In this document: positions 8,801 to 16,945 of the stretch, in pieces
How the letters are laid out: each line of letters begins with the position of its first letter
Position numbering within the stretch: the first letter of the stretch is position 1
Source of the DNA: Cytophagales bacterium
GTDB taxonomy: Bacteria; Bacteroidota; Bacteroidia; Cytophagales; Spirosomataceae
Assembly (NCBI GenBank): GCA_013298865.1
Contig: JAAFJL010000088.1
Location: forward strand, 1-24,254
Length of the DNA: 24,254 nucleotides
Reading direction: 5' to 3'
Position numbers and translations under genes: made by a program
The notes under the pieces: generated by a model
The model's database searches: none
Told to the model about the DNA's origin: nothing
What the model saw: only the letters and a program-made list of their open reading frames with translations

Positions 8801-9925
8801 TCAACACAAAAACTCCTGATAATTACCAGGATTCACAACTTTAAAAGTTGAATCTGGATAAGCCTCTTGAAATGATTTTGGTAAATGGGGTAGTTTTTTT
8901 TCGCTCCATTTAAACTCGAAAGTATCTATTTGTCCGTCTCTTTCTTCCAAATAATCTATTTCTTGTTGCTGGGCTGTTCTCCAAAAGTATTGACCGCCGT
9001 ATAGTTGCTTGTATTTGAAGTATTTAACACGTTCGGCAATCAAATAATTCTCCCACAGTGCTCCAATATCCGTTCTACTGGCAATGGGTTGGAAATTACC
9101 AATGATAGCATTTCTTACACCATTATCATAAAAAAATACCTTTTTGGTTTTCTTCAATTCATTTCTCATGTTTCGACTAAACGAATTTAACCTAAACACG
9201 ACAAATACTTGTTCCAATAAATCAATGTATTTTTCAACGGTGTTTTTATCAACTCCTAACACTTGTCCTAAGTTTTGATATGAAACTTCACTACCTAATT
9301 GTAAGGCTAAGGCGACTAATAATTTATGTAGTAAAGAGGATTTTTTCAGACCCTCATACATCAACAAGTCTTTATATAAATAACTGTCTGTCAGTAAGAT
9401 AAGCCCTTCCCTTTCGTTGCCTATATTGTTAATTACCTCTGGATATGAGCCATAAATTAGACGATGTTCCAACATCCTCTTCTCTTCAATCAATCCTTGG
9501 TTTTTAGCAAGTTCTTCAAATGAAAATGGATACAAATGAAATTCATATTTACGTCCTGTGAGTGGTTCGTTTATTTTGTTGGCTAATTCAAAAGCCGAAG
9601 AACCTGTGGCTATTACTTGAACACCAGGGAAATTATCAATTGCTAATTTTAGAGTAATTCCAATATTTTCAATACGTTGGGCTTCATCAATTACCACAAT
9701 TTTAGCATCACCTATCAAAGCCCCAAATTGCGTTGAAGTTATGTTGGTCAACGCCAGACGCATATCAGGTTCATCACCATTGAACCACCTAATAGGTACA
9801 CTCATTTCAGCTACAATCTTTTTGATTAGCGTTGTTTTACCTACCTGTCTTGGACCAAAAAGTAGAATCGCTTTTCTCTTAAACAGTTTTTCTTTTATCT
9901 GATTTTCTAAACTTCTTACTATCAT
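8801..9925 (-). CDS. COG1373-family AAA+ ATPase (AAA_14) with a C-terminal DUF4143 / PD-(D/E)xK-like domain
   Basis: Walker A motif LLFGPRQVGKTTL and Walker B motif KIVVIDEAQ. The C-terminal region ...EIDYLEERDGQIDTFEFKWS has D...E-x-K spacing typical of PD-(D/E)xK nucleases. The ORF as tracked starts at a TTG (9946). The first ATG is at 9925 (MIVRSLENQ...), and a TAnnTTTG -7 motif (minus-strand TATATTTG, plus-strand 9944-9951) lies just upstream. Confidence 0.8.
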   Translation of the reverse strand: MIVRSLENQIKEKLFKRKAILLFGPRQVGKTTLIKKIVAEMSVPIRWFNGDEPDMRLALTNITSTQFGALIGDAKIVVIDEAQRIENIGITLKLAIDNFPGVQVIATGSSAFELANKINEPLTGRKYEFHLYPFSFEELAKNQGLIEEKRMLEHRLIYGSYPEVINNIGNEREGLILLTDSYLYKDLLMYEGLKKSSLLHKLLVALALQLGSEVSYQNLGQVLGVDKNTVEKYIDLLEQVFVVFRLNSFSRNMRNELKKTKKVFFYDNGVRNAIIGNFQPIASRTDIGALWENYLIAERVKYFKYKQLYGGQYFWRTAQQQEIDYLEERDGQIDTFEFKWSEKKLPHLPKSFQEAYPDSTFKVVNPGNYQEFLC

Positions 9926-9952
9926 TATTTTGTATTTATTTAACAAATATAT

Positions 9953-10015
9953 AATAATTTGTGAATTGAATCACTAAATAGTACAATAATTCGTGAATTG
10001 AATCACTAAATAGTA
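9953..10015. repeat. 2 x 31-bp near-perfect tandem direct repeat in the upstream region of the ATPase gene
   Basis: AATAATTtGTGAATTGAATCACTAAATAGTA (9953-9983) and AATAATTcGTGAATTGAATCACTAAATAGTA (9985-10015), period 32, one mismatch. Each unit contains the partly palindromic core GTGAATTGAATCAC. The repeat sits immediately upstream of the -7 box. Confidence 0.85.
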
Positions 10016-10146
10016 AAGTTTTTACATCACAAACTCAAAATAATTACTCGGGTTAATCAGTTTCGTTTCATGAAATGGCTATACAATACCAACAAAAAAG
10101 CCCACAGACCTTCACCTGTGGGCTTATCATTCATAGATAAGAACTT

Positions 10147-12057
10147 TTACTTACTGTCTTCTTTCTTCTGAACCTTTGGCTGAATTTGCCCCTGTGGTTT
10201 ATCAGATTTTTTACCGATTTCGTCCATCAATTTCATACCCAAAAGTCCACTCAATGCACCGTTTTGGTCGTTTGAACCTCCTGTTATCAAAATATCTGGC
10301 ATTACTTTAATCTTCTCTTTACCAATGCTTTCGGTGATTTTTAATTGGGTAAAATTACTTTCTCCCATCGCCGAAACGGCTAATTGATAGGCTTCGGCAT
10401 CGGCTTTACCAATTGCTAAAATCTTCTCTGCTTCGGCAGCACCAATTTTACTAATTTTTTCGGCTTCGGCATTGGCAATCAACTTAATTCGTTCAGACTC
10501 CGCACCCGCTTGGAGCTTCACACGCTCGGCTTCTGCACCTGCCTGTAATTTCAAACTTTGTGCTTCACCTTGAGCTTTTTTCACGGAGGCATCCGCTACA
10601 CGTTCGGCAATGACTACGCCTTGGTCTGCCTTCACGATGTCCTTTTGGATTTCAGCAATCGCCGTCTCTTTTTCCAAAGCCTGACGAGTCTCCTGAGCCA
10701 TCTTTTGGGTTTCGTAGGTTACTTTTTGTTCCTCCGCAATTTTACGATCAGTCAGCGTTTTCATCAAAGATTCTGGTGGAACAATGTCCCCAATCAGAGT
10801 ATCAACGGCATTGACATTATACTGCGAAAGCACTTCTGAAATGTATTTACGAGCCATTTCTTGTCTTTCTTTACGTGAACCTAAGAATGAAATTACATCC
10901 GAATCTTGGGCGGAGTTACGGAAATAGTTACCAATCGTTGGTTCAAGGACTTGGCTTACTAAGTTGTGCATATTCCCGAATCTCGCAATCACTTTCGGAG
11001 CTTCGTAATTCGGAATATGAATAATCTGGGAAACGTCCAAATTGAATGGGAAACCATCTTTTGAACGAACAGTAATCGTCGAAAGGTTTTTATCTAATTG
11101 ATGAGATTCAGACCTTGCACTCGCCCAGTTTAAGACCAAGTTTGTTGTTGGCACTACCTCAATTCGTTGGATGTAGGTATTGATTGGGTATTTCCCAGGT
11201 CCGAGAGGTTCAGCCCAAACACCTTTAAATCCTTTCGTAAAAATATTACCGTGTTTAAATTCTGTTCCGCTCACGTCCACGCCATCCTCACCTACGAAGG
11301 AGATGACTACGCCCACGTTACCAATATGAATTTCAGTCATTTCGATTTCCTCAATCTTGATAAACCACGGATTCAAGTTGTACGAACCCGCTAAAATCAC
11401 TTGTTGTTGAAGTCCTTTATTTCCTCCTTTACTCAGGAAGGCATCCGCATCTTGGAAGTTGTTATGTCCTTCGATGAGCTTTCCAGCAATCTGCCCAGGG
11501 TCAATCGAAGCACCGTCCATCGTTGTGACAATTCCGACCATATTTTCGTGGATTTCAAACATATCCGTAACTTCTACTTCAAACAAGAAAGTATTGATTC
11601 TGTACGAACCCGCCGTAATTACTGCCGACTGCCGTCCTTTTCGTCCACCATTTTTCAAAAATGCTTCGGTGTCTTGGAAACCATCACATTCTACCTTACG
11701 CCCCAAGATAAATCCCGTCTCAGATTCCTTACCGTCTTTGGCAAGGACAATTCCAATTTTACCAGTAGGAATAATTGTGAGTGGTTGAAGTGTAATGTCA
11801 TACTGCCAAATCCAATACCAGAAATAAATACCAGGAGCTAAAGGTCTTGCCTGATAACCAGCTTCGCCTTCGGTGGCAATAATACGACCTTCTGGCAGGG
11901 ATTTCTTTTCCCCGAAGAGTACGAATTTCTTAGTAACCAGACCAATACGGTTTTCGGGAATGATAATAATACCTAACAAGCGGAACAAAAATTTGTAAAA
12001 AATTAGGAGTAATAATACTACGCCAATACTGACGATTGTGGTGATAGGAAGTGCCAT
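10147..12057 (-). CDS. flotillin/SPFH (Band 7) family membrane protein, YqiK-like
   Basis: N-terminal TM segment (MALPITTIVSIGVVLLLLIFYKF). The SPFH domain is followed by an Ala/Glu/Lys-rich coiled-coil flotillin tail (AQGEAQSLKLQAGAEAERVKLQAGAESERIKLIANAEAEKISKIGAAEAEKILAIGKADAEAYQ). An alternative upstream ATG at 12150 would add 31 aa. Confidence 0.8.
   Translation of the reverse strand: MALPITTIVSIGVVLLLLIFYKFLFRLLGIIIIPENRIGLVTKKFVLFGEKKSLPEGRIIATEGEAGYQARPLAPGIYFWYWIWQYDITLQPLTIIPTGKIGIVLAKDGKESETGFILGRKVECDGFQDTEAFLKNGGRKGRQSAVITAGSYRINTFLFEVEVTDMFEIHENMVGIVTTMDGASIDPGQIAGKLIEGHNNFQDADAFLSKGGNKGLQQQVILAGSYNLNPWFIKIEEIEMTEIHIGNVGVVISFVGEDGVDVSGTEFKHGNIFTKGFKGVWAEPLGPGKYPINTYIQRIEVVPTTNLVLNWASARSESHQLDKNLSTITVRSKDGFPFNLDVSQIIHIPNYEAPKVIARFGNMHNLVSQVLEPTIGNYFRNSAQDSDVISFLGSRKERQEMARKYISEVLSQYNVNAVDTLIGDIVPPESLMKTLTDRKIAEEQKVTYETQKMAQETRQALEKETAIAEIQKDIVKADQGVVIAERVADASVKKAQGEAQSLKLQAGAEAERVKLQAGAESERIKLIANAEAEKISKIGAAEAEKILAIGKADAEAYQLAVSAMGESNFTQLKITESIGKEKIKVMPDILITGGSNDQNGALSGLLGMKLMDEIGKKSDKPQGQIQPKVQKKEDSK
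11370..11700 (-). repeat. internal tandem duplication (~220 bp, diverged) inside the flotillin gene
   Basis: Protein segments FQDTEAFLKNGGRKGRQSAVITAGSYRINTFLFEVEVTDMFEIHENMVGIVTTMDGAS and FQDADAFLSKGGNKGLQQQVILAGSYNLNPWFIKIEEIEMTEIHIGNVGVVISFVGED are clearly paralogous. A DNA echo is visible: GTACGAACCCGC near 11383 and again near 11603. Confidence 0.6.
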
Positions 12058-12217
12058 TGTTTTTATTGTTTTGGTTGAATTAATGAGCCAAATATTGCGA
12101 GTTGCCAACAGATCTATTCCAAATTGTGAAGAATGGTTTTTGTTTGGCATGAGTGGAGGTTTTGGCTTGGGGTGTGAAAAAAGAGTAAGAAAAGAAATAA
12201 ATTTTTAGTGTTTTTTA

Positions 12218-12263
12218 TTTTACTAATTATAATGAGTATTTTTACTAAAAATAATTAGTAAAA
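12218..12263. promoter_or_regulatory. 12-bp perfect inverted repeat plus a third half-site immediately upstream of the second ATPase gene
   Basis: TTTTACTAATTA (12218-12229) and TAATTAGTAAAA (12252-12263) are exact reverse complements. A third TTTACTAAA copy lies in the 22-nt spacer (12241-12249). The ATG of the downstream gene is at 12271. Confidence 0.45.
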
Positions 12264-12270
12264 TAAAATC

Positions 12271-13461
12271 ATGTTCATAAAACCCGAAATGTCAATCCTA
12301 CAAGCTCGAATCAATGATTCAAGAAGGTTTATTCAAGTAATAATGGGTCCTCGGCAGATAGGAAAAACAACTTTAGTTAGGCAATTAATCCAAAATATTG
12401 AAGTACCAGTATTATTTGTAGCAGCAGATGGTGTGATTTCTGCCAACGGTGCATGGATAAGCCAACAATGGGAAGCAGCCCGTTTTCAATGGATGAATAG
12501 CGGAGCAAAAGAATTGATATTAGTGTTTGACGAAATTCAGAAAATTGAAAATTGGGCTGAAATCGTGAAAGCCGAGTGGGATAAAGATACCTTTAACAAC
12601 AAACCAATCAAGGTAATTTTACTGGGTTCTGCAAGGTTATTATTGCAAAGGGGATTGGGGGAATCATTGGCAGGCAGATTTGAAGTAATCCAGATGACAC
12701 ATTGGTCATTTTCAGAAATGCAAGAGGCTTTCGATTTTACGGTGGAAGAATTTGTCTATTTTGGGGGCTATCCTGGGGCAGCTTCATTGATTCGAGACGA
12801 AAACCGATGGCGAGAATATATTTTGCACAGTTTAATCGAAACTACATTATCAAAAGACATTTTGATGATGAGCAGGGTCGATAAACCGTCTTTATTGAGG
12901 CGATTATTTGAATTAGGCTGCGGGTATTCTGGTCAAATTTTATCCATGACAAAAATTCTGGGACAACTCCAAGACAAAGGAAATACTATCACACTTTCTT
13001 ATTATCTTGAATTATTAGATTCGGCAGGACTTTTAAAAGGTCTCGAAAAATATGCTCCTGACATAGCACGTCAACGAATGTCTATTCCCAAATGGCAAGT
13101 ACAAAATTCCGCTTTTTCGACAGTTTATAATCCTCAAAATTTCACAGAAGTACTTCAAAAACCCGATATTTGGGGAAGATACGTAGAAACTGCCATTGGT
13201 GTGTATCTGTCCAGAGCTGAACGATTAGAAAAAATGAGTGTAAGTTACTGGCGTGAAGGCAATGACGAAATAGATTTTGTCTTGAAAAAAGGTAACAAAG
13301 TAATTGGTTTAGAAGTAAAAAGCGGACGAACCCAAAGTGCCAAAGGAATGATTGCTTTTCAGAAAAAAGTACGCCACGACAAACTTCTATTAGTAGGCAA
13401 TAGCGGTATTTCTTGGCAAGATTTCCTGAAAACAGATTTGAATAATTTATTTGAAATGTAA
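12271..13461 (+). CDS. second COG1373-family AAA+ ATPase with a C-terminal DUF4143 / PD-(D/E)xK-like domain, a distant paralogue of 8801-9925
   Basis: Walker A motif VIMGPRQIGKTTL and Walker B motif LILVFDEIQ. The C-terminus ...EGNDEIDFVLKKGNKVIGLEVKSGRTQ has a D...E-V-K nuclease-like motif. Overall architecture is the same as the first ATPase, at roughly 25% identity by eye. Confidence 0.8.
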   Translation: MFIKPEMSILQARINDSRRFIQVIMGPRQIGKTTLVRQLIQNIEVPVLFVAADGVISANGAWISQQWEAARFQWMNSGAKELILVFDEIQKIENWAEIVKAEWDKDTFNNKPIKVILLGSARLLLQRGLGESLAGRFEVIQMTHWSFSEMQEAFDFTVEEFVYFGGYPGAASLIRDENRWREYILHSLIETTLSKDILMMSRVDKPSLLRRLFELGCGYSGQILSMTKILGQLQDKGNTITLSYYLELLDSAGLLKGLEKYAPDIARQRMSIPKWQVQNSAFSTVYNPQNFTEVLQKPDIWGRYVETAIGVYLSRAERLEKMSVSYWREGNDEIDFVLKKGNKVIGLEVKSGRTQSAKGMIAFQKKVRHDKLLLVGNSGISWQDFLKTDLNNLFEM

Positions 13462-13580
13462 CCAGAAAATTTAGGCAGTTAATGATGATACGATAGAGTA
13501 AACCAACACAATTTTAGGATATGTACAAAAATCTGTACTTTTAGTAATTAAATCTCCAAAAACCATTAATCATCAACGCA

Positions 13581-15242
13581 ATGTCAATGAAAGCAACATT
13601 ACTTATTTTATCGCTCTGTATCGTACAATCATTTTGTCTGGAAGCTCAGAAAATTTGTTTCTACAATGGTAAAGTCTATACCGTGGATGCTCGGAATGCC
13701 GTTGCTGAGGCAGTGGTAGTAGAAAATGGCAAGATTCTTTTTGTCGGAAATTCTTCTGAGGCTCGTACCAGTTGGTCTGATAGCCGTACCAGAATGATTA
13801 ATTTGGAAGGCAAATTGATGCTGCCTGGGTTTATTGATAATCATACGCATTTTGCTGATGGCGGTATGTATTTACTCGGTGTGGATTTGCGTGGAGCAAA
13901 ATCTACAAGAGAATTCAAAAACATTCTGAAACTGTACGTGGAATCTCATCGGGGCGAATGGATAAAATCTGGTAATTGGGATCATGAGGCTTGGGAGGTA
14001 AAAGAATTGCCAACCAAAGAAATGATTGATGATTTTTCAAAAGATACTCCCATTTTTATTGATCGTTTTGATGGTCACATGGCTTTGGCGAATTCAAAGG
14101 CTTTGGCTTTGGCGGGTATTACAAAAGATACAAAATCTCCAGACGGTGGCGAAATCGTGAAAGACCCCAAAACTGGCGAACCAACGGGCGTACTAAAAGA
14201 TGCCGCTATGGTATTGGTTTATAATATGATTCCGCCAATTAGCCCAGAGCAAAAAATTAAATTCGTGAATCGTGCTTTGCAGGAAGCTCGTGAGAACGGT
14301 ATTACGTCTGTACAAGATATTACTTTTCAACCAGATTTAATTGCGTATCAACAATTAGAAAAAGAAGGCAAATTAACTTGTCGTTTTTATACTCGTTTAC
14401 CCATCAGTACTTATCAAAGTTTGGTTACGGCAGGCATAAGAGTAGGTTTTGGTTCTGAAAAAATCAGATTAGGTTCACTAAAGGCTTATGCCGATGGTTC
14501 GTTGGGCAGTAGCACAGCTTTAATGTTTAAGCCCTACGACCAAAATCCTAATACCAGAGGTTTAGGGTCTGATATTTTGAATAATGGAAATCTCAGAAAA
14601 TGGGCATTAGAGGCAGATAACGAACATTTGCAACTTTCTGTCCATGCCATCGGCGACTCTGCAAATTACATGACATTAAAGATTTTTGAAGAAATTGCTC
14701 GGGTAAATCCAAAATGGGATAGACGTTTCAGAATCGAACACGCTCAACACGTTAGGTTTGAAGACATTCCTTTGTTTGCAAAATTAGGCGTAATTGCTTC
14801 AGTGCAACCTTATCATTGTATCGACGATGGCGTTTGGGCAGCCAAGCGAATAGGCACACGTATAGACTACACACACCCGTATAAATCGTTTTTGGATGCT
14901 GGCGTAAAACTCTGCATGGGTTCTGATTGGTCGGTTGCACCGCTTAATGCAATTTATGGAATTTATGCCGCCGTTACTCGCAGAACAGTTGACGACGCCA
15001 ATCCGATGGGCTGGATTCCGAAGCAAAAAATTCCAGTTTCAGAAGCTATCAGGGGTTATACAATTAATAATGCTTACGCTGCTTTCGAGGAAAAAGAAAA
15101 AGGCTCAATCGAAATTGGGAAAATGGCAGATTTTGTGGTGCTTTCAGAAGATATTCTCACCATCAAGCCAGAAGACATTATTAAAGTTAAAGTTTTGATG
15201 ACTATTTTTGACGGAAAAATCGTTTACGAAAAGAAGAAATAG
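13581..15242 (+). CDS. secreted amidohydrolase-family (Amidohydro_3-type) metal-dependent hydrolase
   Basis: Signal peptide MSMKATLLILSLCIVQSFCLEAQ. Metal-binding motif GFIDNHTHFADGG. Later His/Asp motifs (HAIGDSANY, MGSDWSVAP) and the 553-aa length are typical of this family. Confidence 0.85.
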   Translation: MSMKATLLILSLCIVQSFCLEAQKICFYNGKVYTVDARNAVAEAVVVENGKILFVGNSSEARTSWSDSRTRMINLEGKLMLPGFIDNHTHFADGGMYLLGVDLRGAKSTREFKNILKLYVESHRGEWIKSGNWDHEAWEVKELPTKEMIDDFSKDTPIFIDRFDGHMALANSKALALAGITKDTKSPDGGEIVKDPKTGEPTGVLKDAAMVLVYNMIPPISPEQKIKFVNRALQEARENGITSVQDITFQPDLIAYQQLEKEGKLTCRFYTRLPISTYQSLVTAGIRVGFGSEKIRLGSLKAYADGSLGSSTALMFKPYDQNPNTRGLGSDILNNGNLRKWALEADNEHLQLSVHAIGDSANYMTLKIFEEIARVNPKWDRRFRIEHAQHVRFEDIPLFAKLGVIASVQPYHCIDDGVWAAKRIGTRIDYTHPYKSFLDAGVKLCMGSDWSVAPLNAIYGIYAAVTRRTVDDANPMGWIPKQKIPVSEAIRGYTINNAYAAFEEKEKGSIEIGKMADFVVLSEDILTIKPEDIIKVKVLMTIFDGKIVYEKKK

Positions 15243-15376
15243 GGATTAATTAAAAATGAGGAATTAAGAATTAAAAATGTTGGCTCCCTGATTCTGACAG
15301 CTGTAAAAGAATGCTATTCGTCCATTCTTTCATTCACTCATTCTATCATTATATTATTTACCTCCAAAACCCAAAG

Positions 15377-16006
15377 ATGGATATAACAGATTTGATAAAA
15401 TACGTCTCTGATTCTAAAGAAATTATTCGGGCAGGACTCATCACGATTGCCGTTGTAGTTTATGCTGAAAACGGGATTTTCTTTGCATTCTTTCTCCCTG
15501 GGGACTATTTGCTCTTCCTGACAGGCATTTTTGTTGGAACTGGCGTACTGAAATACCCTATCATTGTAGTCTTACTGACACTCTTTGTGGCGGCAGTTGT
15601 AGGTTCGTTGACGGGCTTTTTGTTTGGAAGATATTTTGGAAGTAATCTCGAAAACCGCACAAAAGATACTTGGTATTTCAAAAGAAAACATTTGGAATCA
15701 ACCCGTGATTTTTTTGAGAAAAACGGCAACATGGCGCTTATCATTAGTAGGTTCTTGCCTTATGTACGTACGTTCGCTCCCATTTTGGCAGGCATCAGCA
15801 AAATGAAATACCCTAAATATTTGTTTCTCAATGTGTTAGGAGGTTTTCTTTGGGTATTCTCATTGGTTGGAAGTGGCTTTTTTCTCGGAGAAAAATACCC
15901 CTGGATTATCAATTATGTTCATTACGTAATCTTGTTTTTCTTGGCAGTAACCACATTCACGGTAGTTAGAGGGTATTTTAATTTGAGGAAAAAGAAGGAC
16001 GAATAA
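15377..16006 (+). CDS. DedA/VTT-domain family membrane protein
   Basis: FFLPGDYLLFLTGIF and ISRFLPYVRTFAPILAGISKMKYPKYLF are characteristic DedA (SNARE-associated) motifs. The ORF opens at ATG 15311, but the ATG at 15377 (MDITDLIKY...) fits the family N-terminus better. Confidence 0.75.
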   Translation: MDITDLIKYVSDSKEIIRAGLITIAVVVYAENGIFFAFFLPGDYLLFLTGIFVGTGVLKYPIIVVLLTLFVAAVVGSLTGFLFGRYFGSNLENRTKDTWYFKRKHLESTRDFFEKNGNMALIISRFLPYVRTFAPILAGISKMKYPKYLFLNVLGGFLWVFSLVGSGFFLGEKYPWIINYVHYVILFFLAVTTFTVVRGYFNLRKKKDE

Positions 16007-16086
16007 ATTAAAATAAAAGTTATGAATTAAAAATGATTGCACTACTTCAATGAGTGTTTGTCAGTAAATAGGTATCAGATAAGATG

Positions 16087-16128
16087 ATAACTGCTCACTG
16101 ATAGCTGCTCACTGATAACTGCTCACTG
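16087..16128. repeat. 3 x 14-bp tandem direct repeat immediately upstream of the nuoA-like gene
   Basis: ATAACTGCTCACTG / ATAGCTGCTCACTG / ATAACTGCTCACTG (16087-16100, 16101-16114, 16115-16128). It ends 8 nt before the ATG at 16137. The 9-mer TGCTCACTG recurs at 18698-18706. Confidence 0.85.
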
Positions 16129-16136
16129 AAAAAAAG

Positions 16137-16604
16137 ATGCTTACAGATTTTGGCTATATTTTACTTTTTATCATCACAGGGATTGTCTTCTGTTTTGTGA
16201 TTTTATTTGTTGGAAAACTCCTTCGTCCCAGTCGTCCAAATGAGGAAAAACTGAGTACCTACGAATCTGGCGAAGCTCCCGAAGGCAATGCCAATGTGCG
16301 GTTCAATATCCGTTTCTACGTAATAGCCCTAATTTTTGTGTTGTTTGAAGTTGAACTCGTCTTTCTATTTCCTTGGGCTACTGTTTTTGGCAACAAACAT
16401 TTAATAGAAGTCACCAACGGACTTTGGGGCTGGTTTGCACTGGCGGAAATGCTCATTTTTGTAGGTACACTCGCACTGGGGCTTGCTTATGCTTGGGTAA
16501 AAGGACATTTAGAATGGGTTCGTCCAAAGATTCAGACACAAGATTTCACTTCAAAAGTTCCTGCAAATTTGTACGAAAACATCAATAAAAAATATGAAAA
16601 ATAG
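16137..16604 (+). CDS. nuoA: NADH-quinone oxidoreductase subunit A (NuoA/ND3) homologue with a C-terminal extension, orphan
   Basis: The translation ...[46 protein letters not shown]... matches the conserved NuoA core (YECG.EP...RF.V.FY..AL.F..FD.E..FL.PWA). Three TM helices are present. About 35 residues follow the third TM. No nuoB follows; the next gene is 340 bp away and unrelated. Confidence 0.7.
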   Translation: MLTDFGYILLFIITGIVFCFVILFVGKLLRPSRPNEEKLSTYESGEAPEGNANVRFNIRFYVIALIFVLFEVELVFLFPWATVFGNKHLIEVTNGLWGWFALAEMLIFVGTLALGLAYAWVKGHLEWVRPKIQTQDFTSKVPANLYENINKKYEK

Positions 16605-16780
16605 TCTTGAGTTATTAGAAGTTTTAAAATATAAATTATTGATAATCAGAAGATTACAATTTTAACTCTAAATTTTAACTACATCGTTTTCTAAAATATG
16701 CAACATTCTTAATTTTTAGGTTTCTTTCTACTAACTTAAAAGTAATGTCAGATTCATCCATAATTTCTTTTTTGGAAAAA

Positions 16781-16847
16781 AATCTCGTGAGAGATTAAAC
16801 ATGATTAGCTATACTCAGGGCTAATCAAATTCAATCCTTTCAGGATT
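16781..16847 (-). ncRNA. candidate small structured RNA or RNA leader: three consecutive perfect hairpins in a 340-bp intergenic region
   Basis: AATCTC-gtga-GAGATT (16781-16796), TGATTAGC-n10-GCTAATCA (16802-16827) and AATCCT-ttc-AGGATT (16833-16847). Read on the minus strand, the last hairpin is followed by UUUUUUUCC (plus-strand 16772-16780). There is no ORF of 60 aa or more. Confidence 0.25.
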
Positions 16848-16945
16848 TCAAAAAAGAAATTGCTACAAGTTCATTTAACAAATTTTAACGCATTGATAAT
16901 GAATACCTTTACTAATTTTACACAAAGAAATAACGAAAAATTCCA

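Noticed and set aside
9953-10015. CRISPR array (considered for the 31-bp and 14-bp tandem repeats)
   Set aside because: There are only 2-3 copies, with no unique spacers between repeats (the units are directly adjacent) and no cas genes nearby, so these are promoter-proximal direct repeats and not CRISPR.
10558-11841. Several plus-strand ORFs (93-146 aa) inside the flotillin gene
   Set aside because: They are antisense to a long, motif-rich CDS. Their translations are Phe/Ser/Arg-rich in a way that reflects the codon bias of the opposite strand, so they are shadow ORFs.
15266-16036. Duplicated 12-mer GAATTAAAAATG after the amidohydrolase stop (15266-15277) and after the DedA stop (16025-16036)
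   Set aside because: The sequence is short and AT-rich, so a chance match is plausible. It is noted only because both copies are 3' of genes. There is not enough to call an element.
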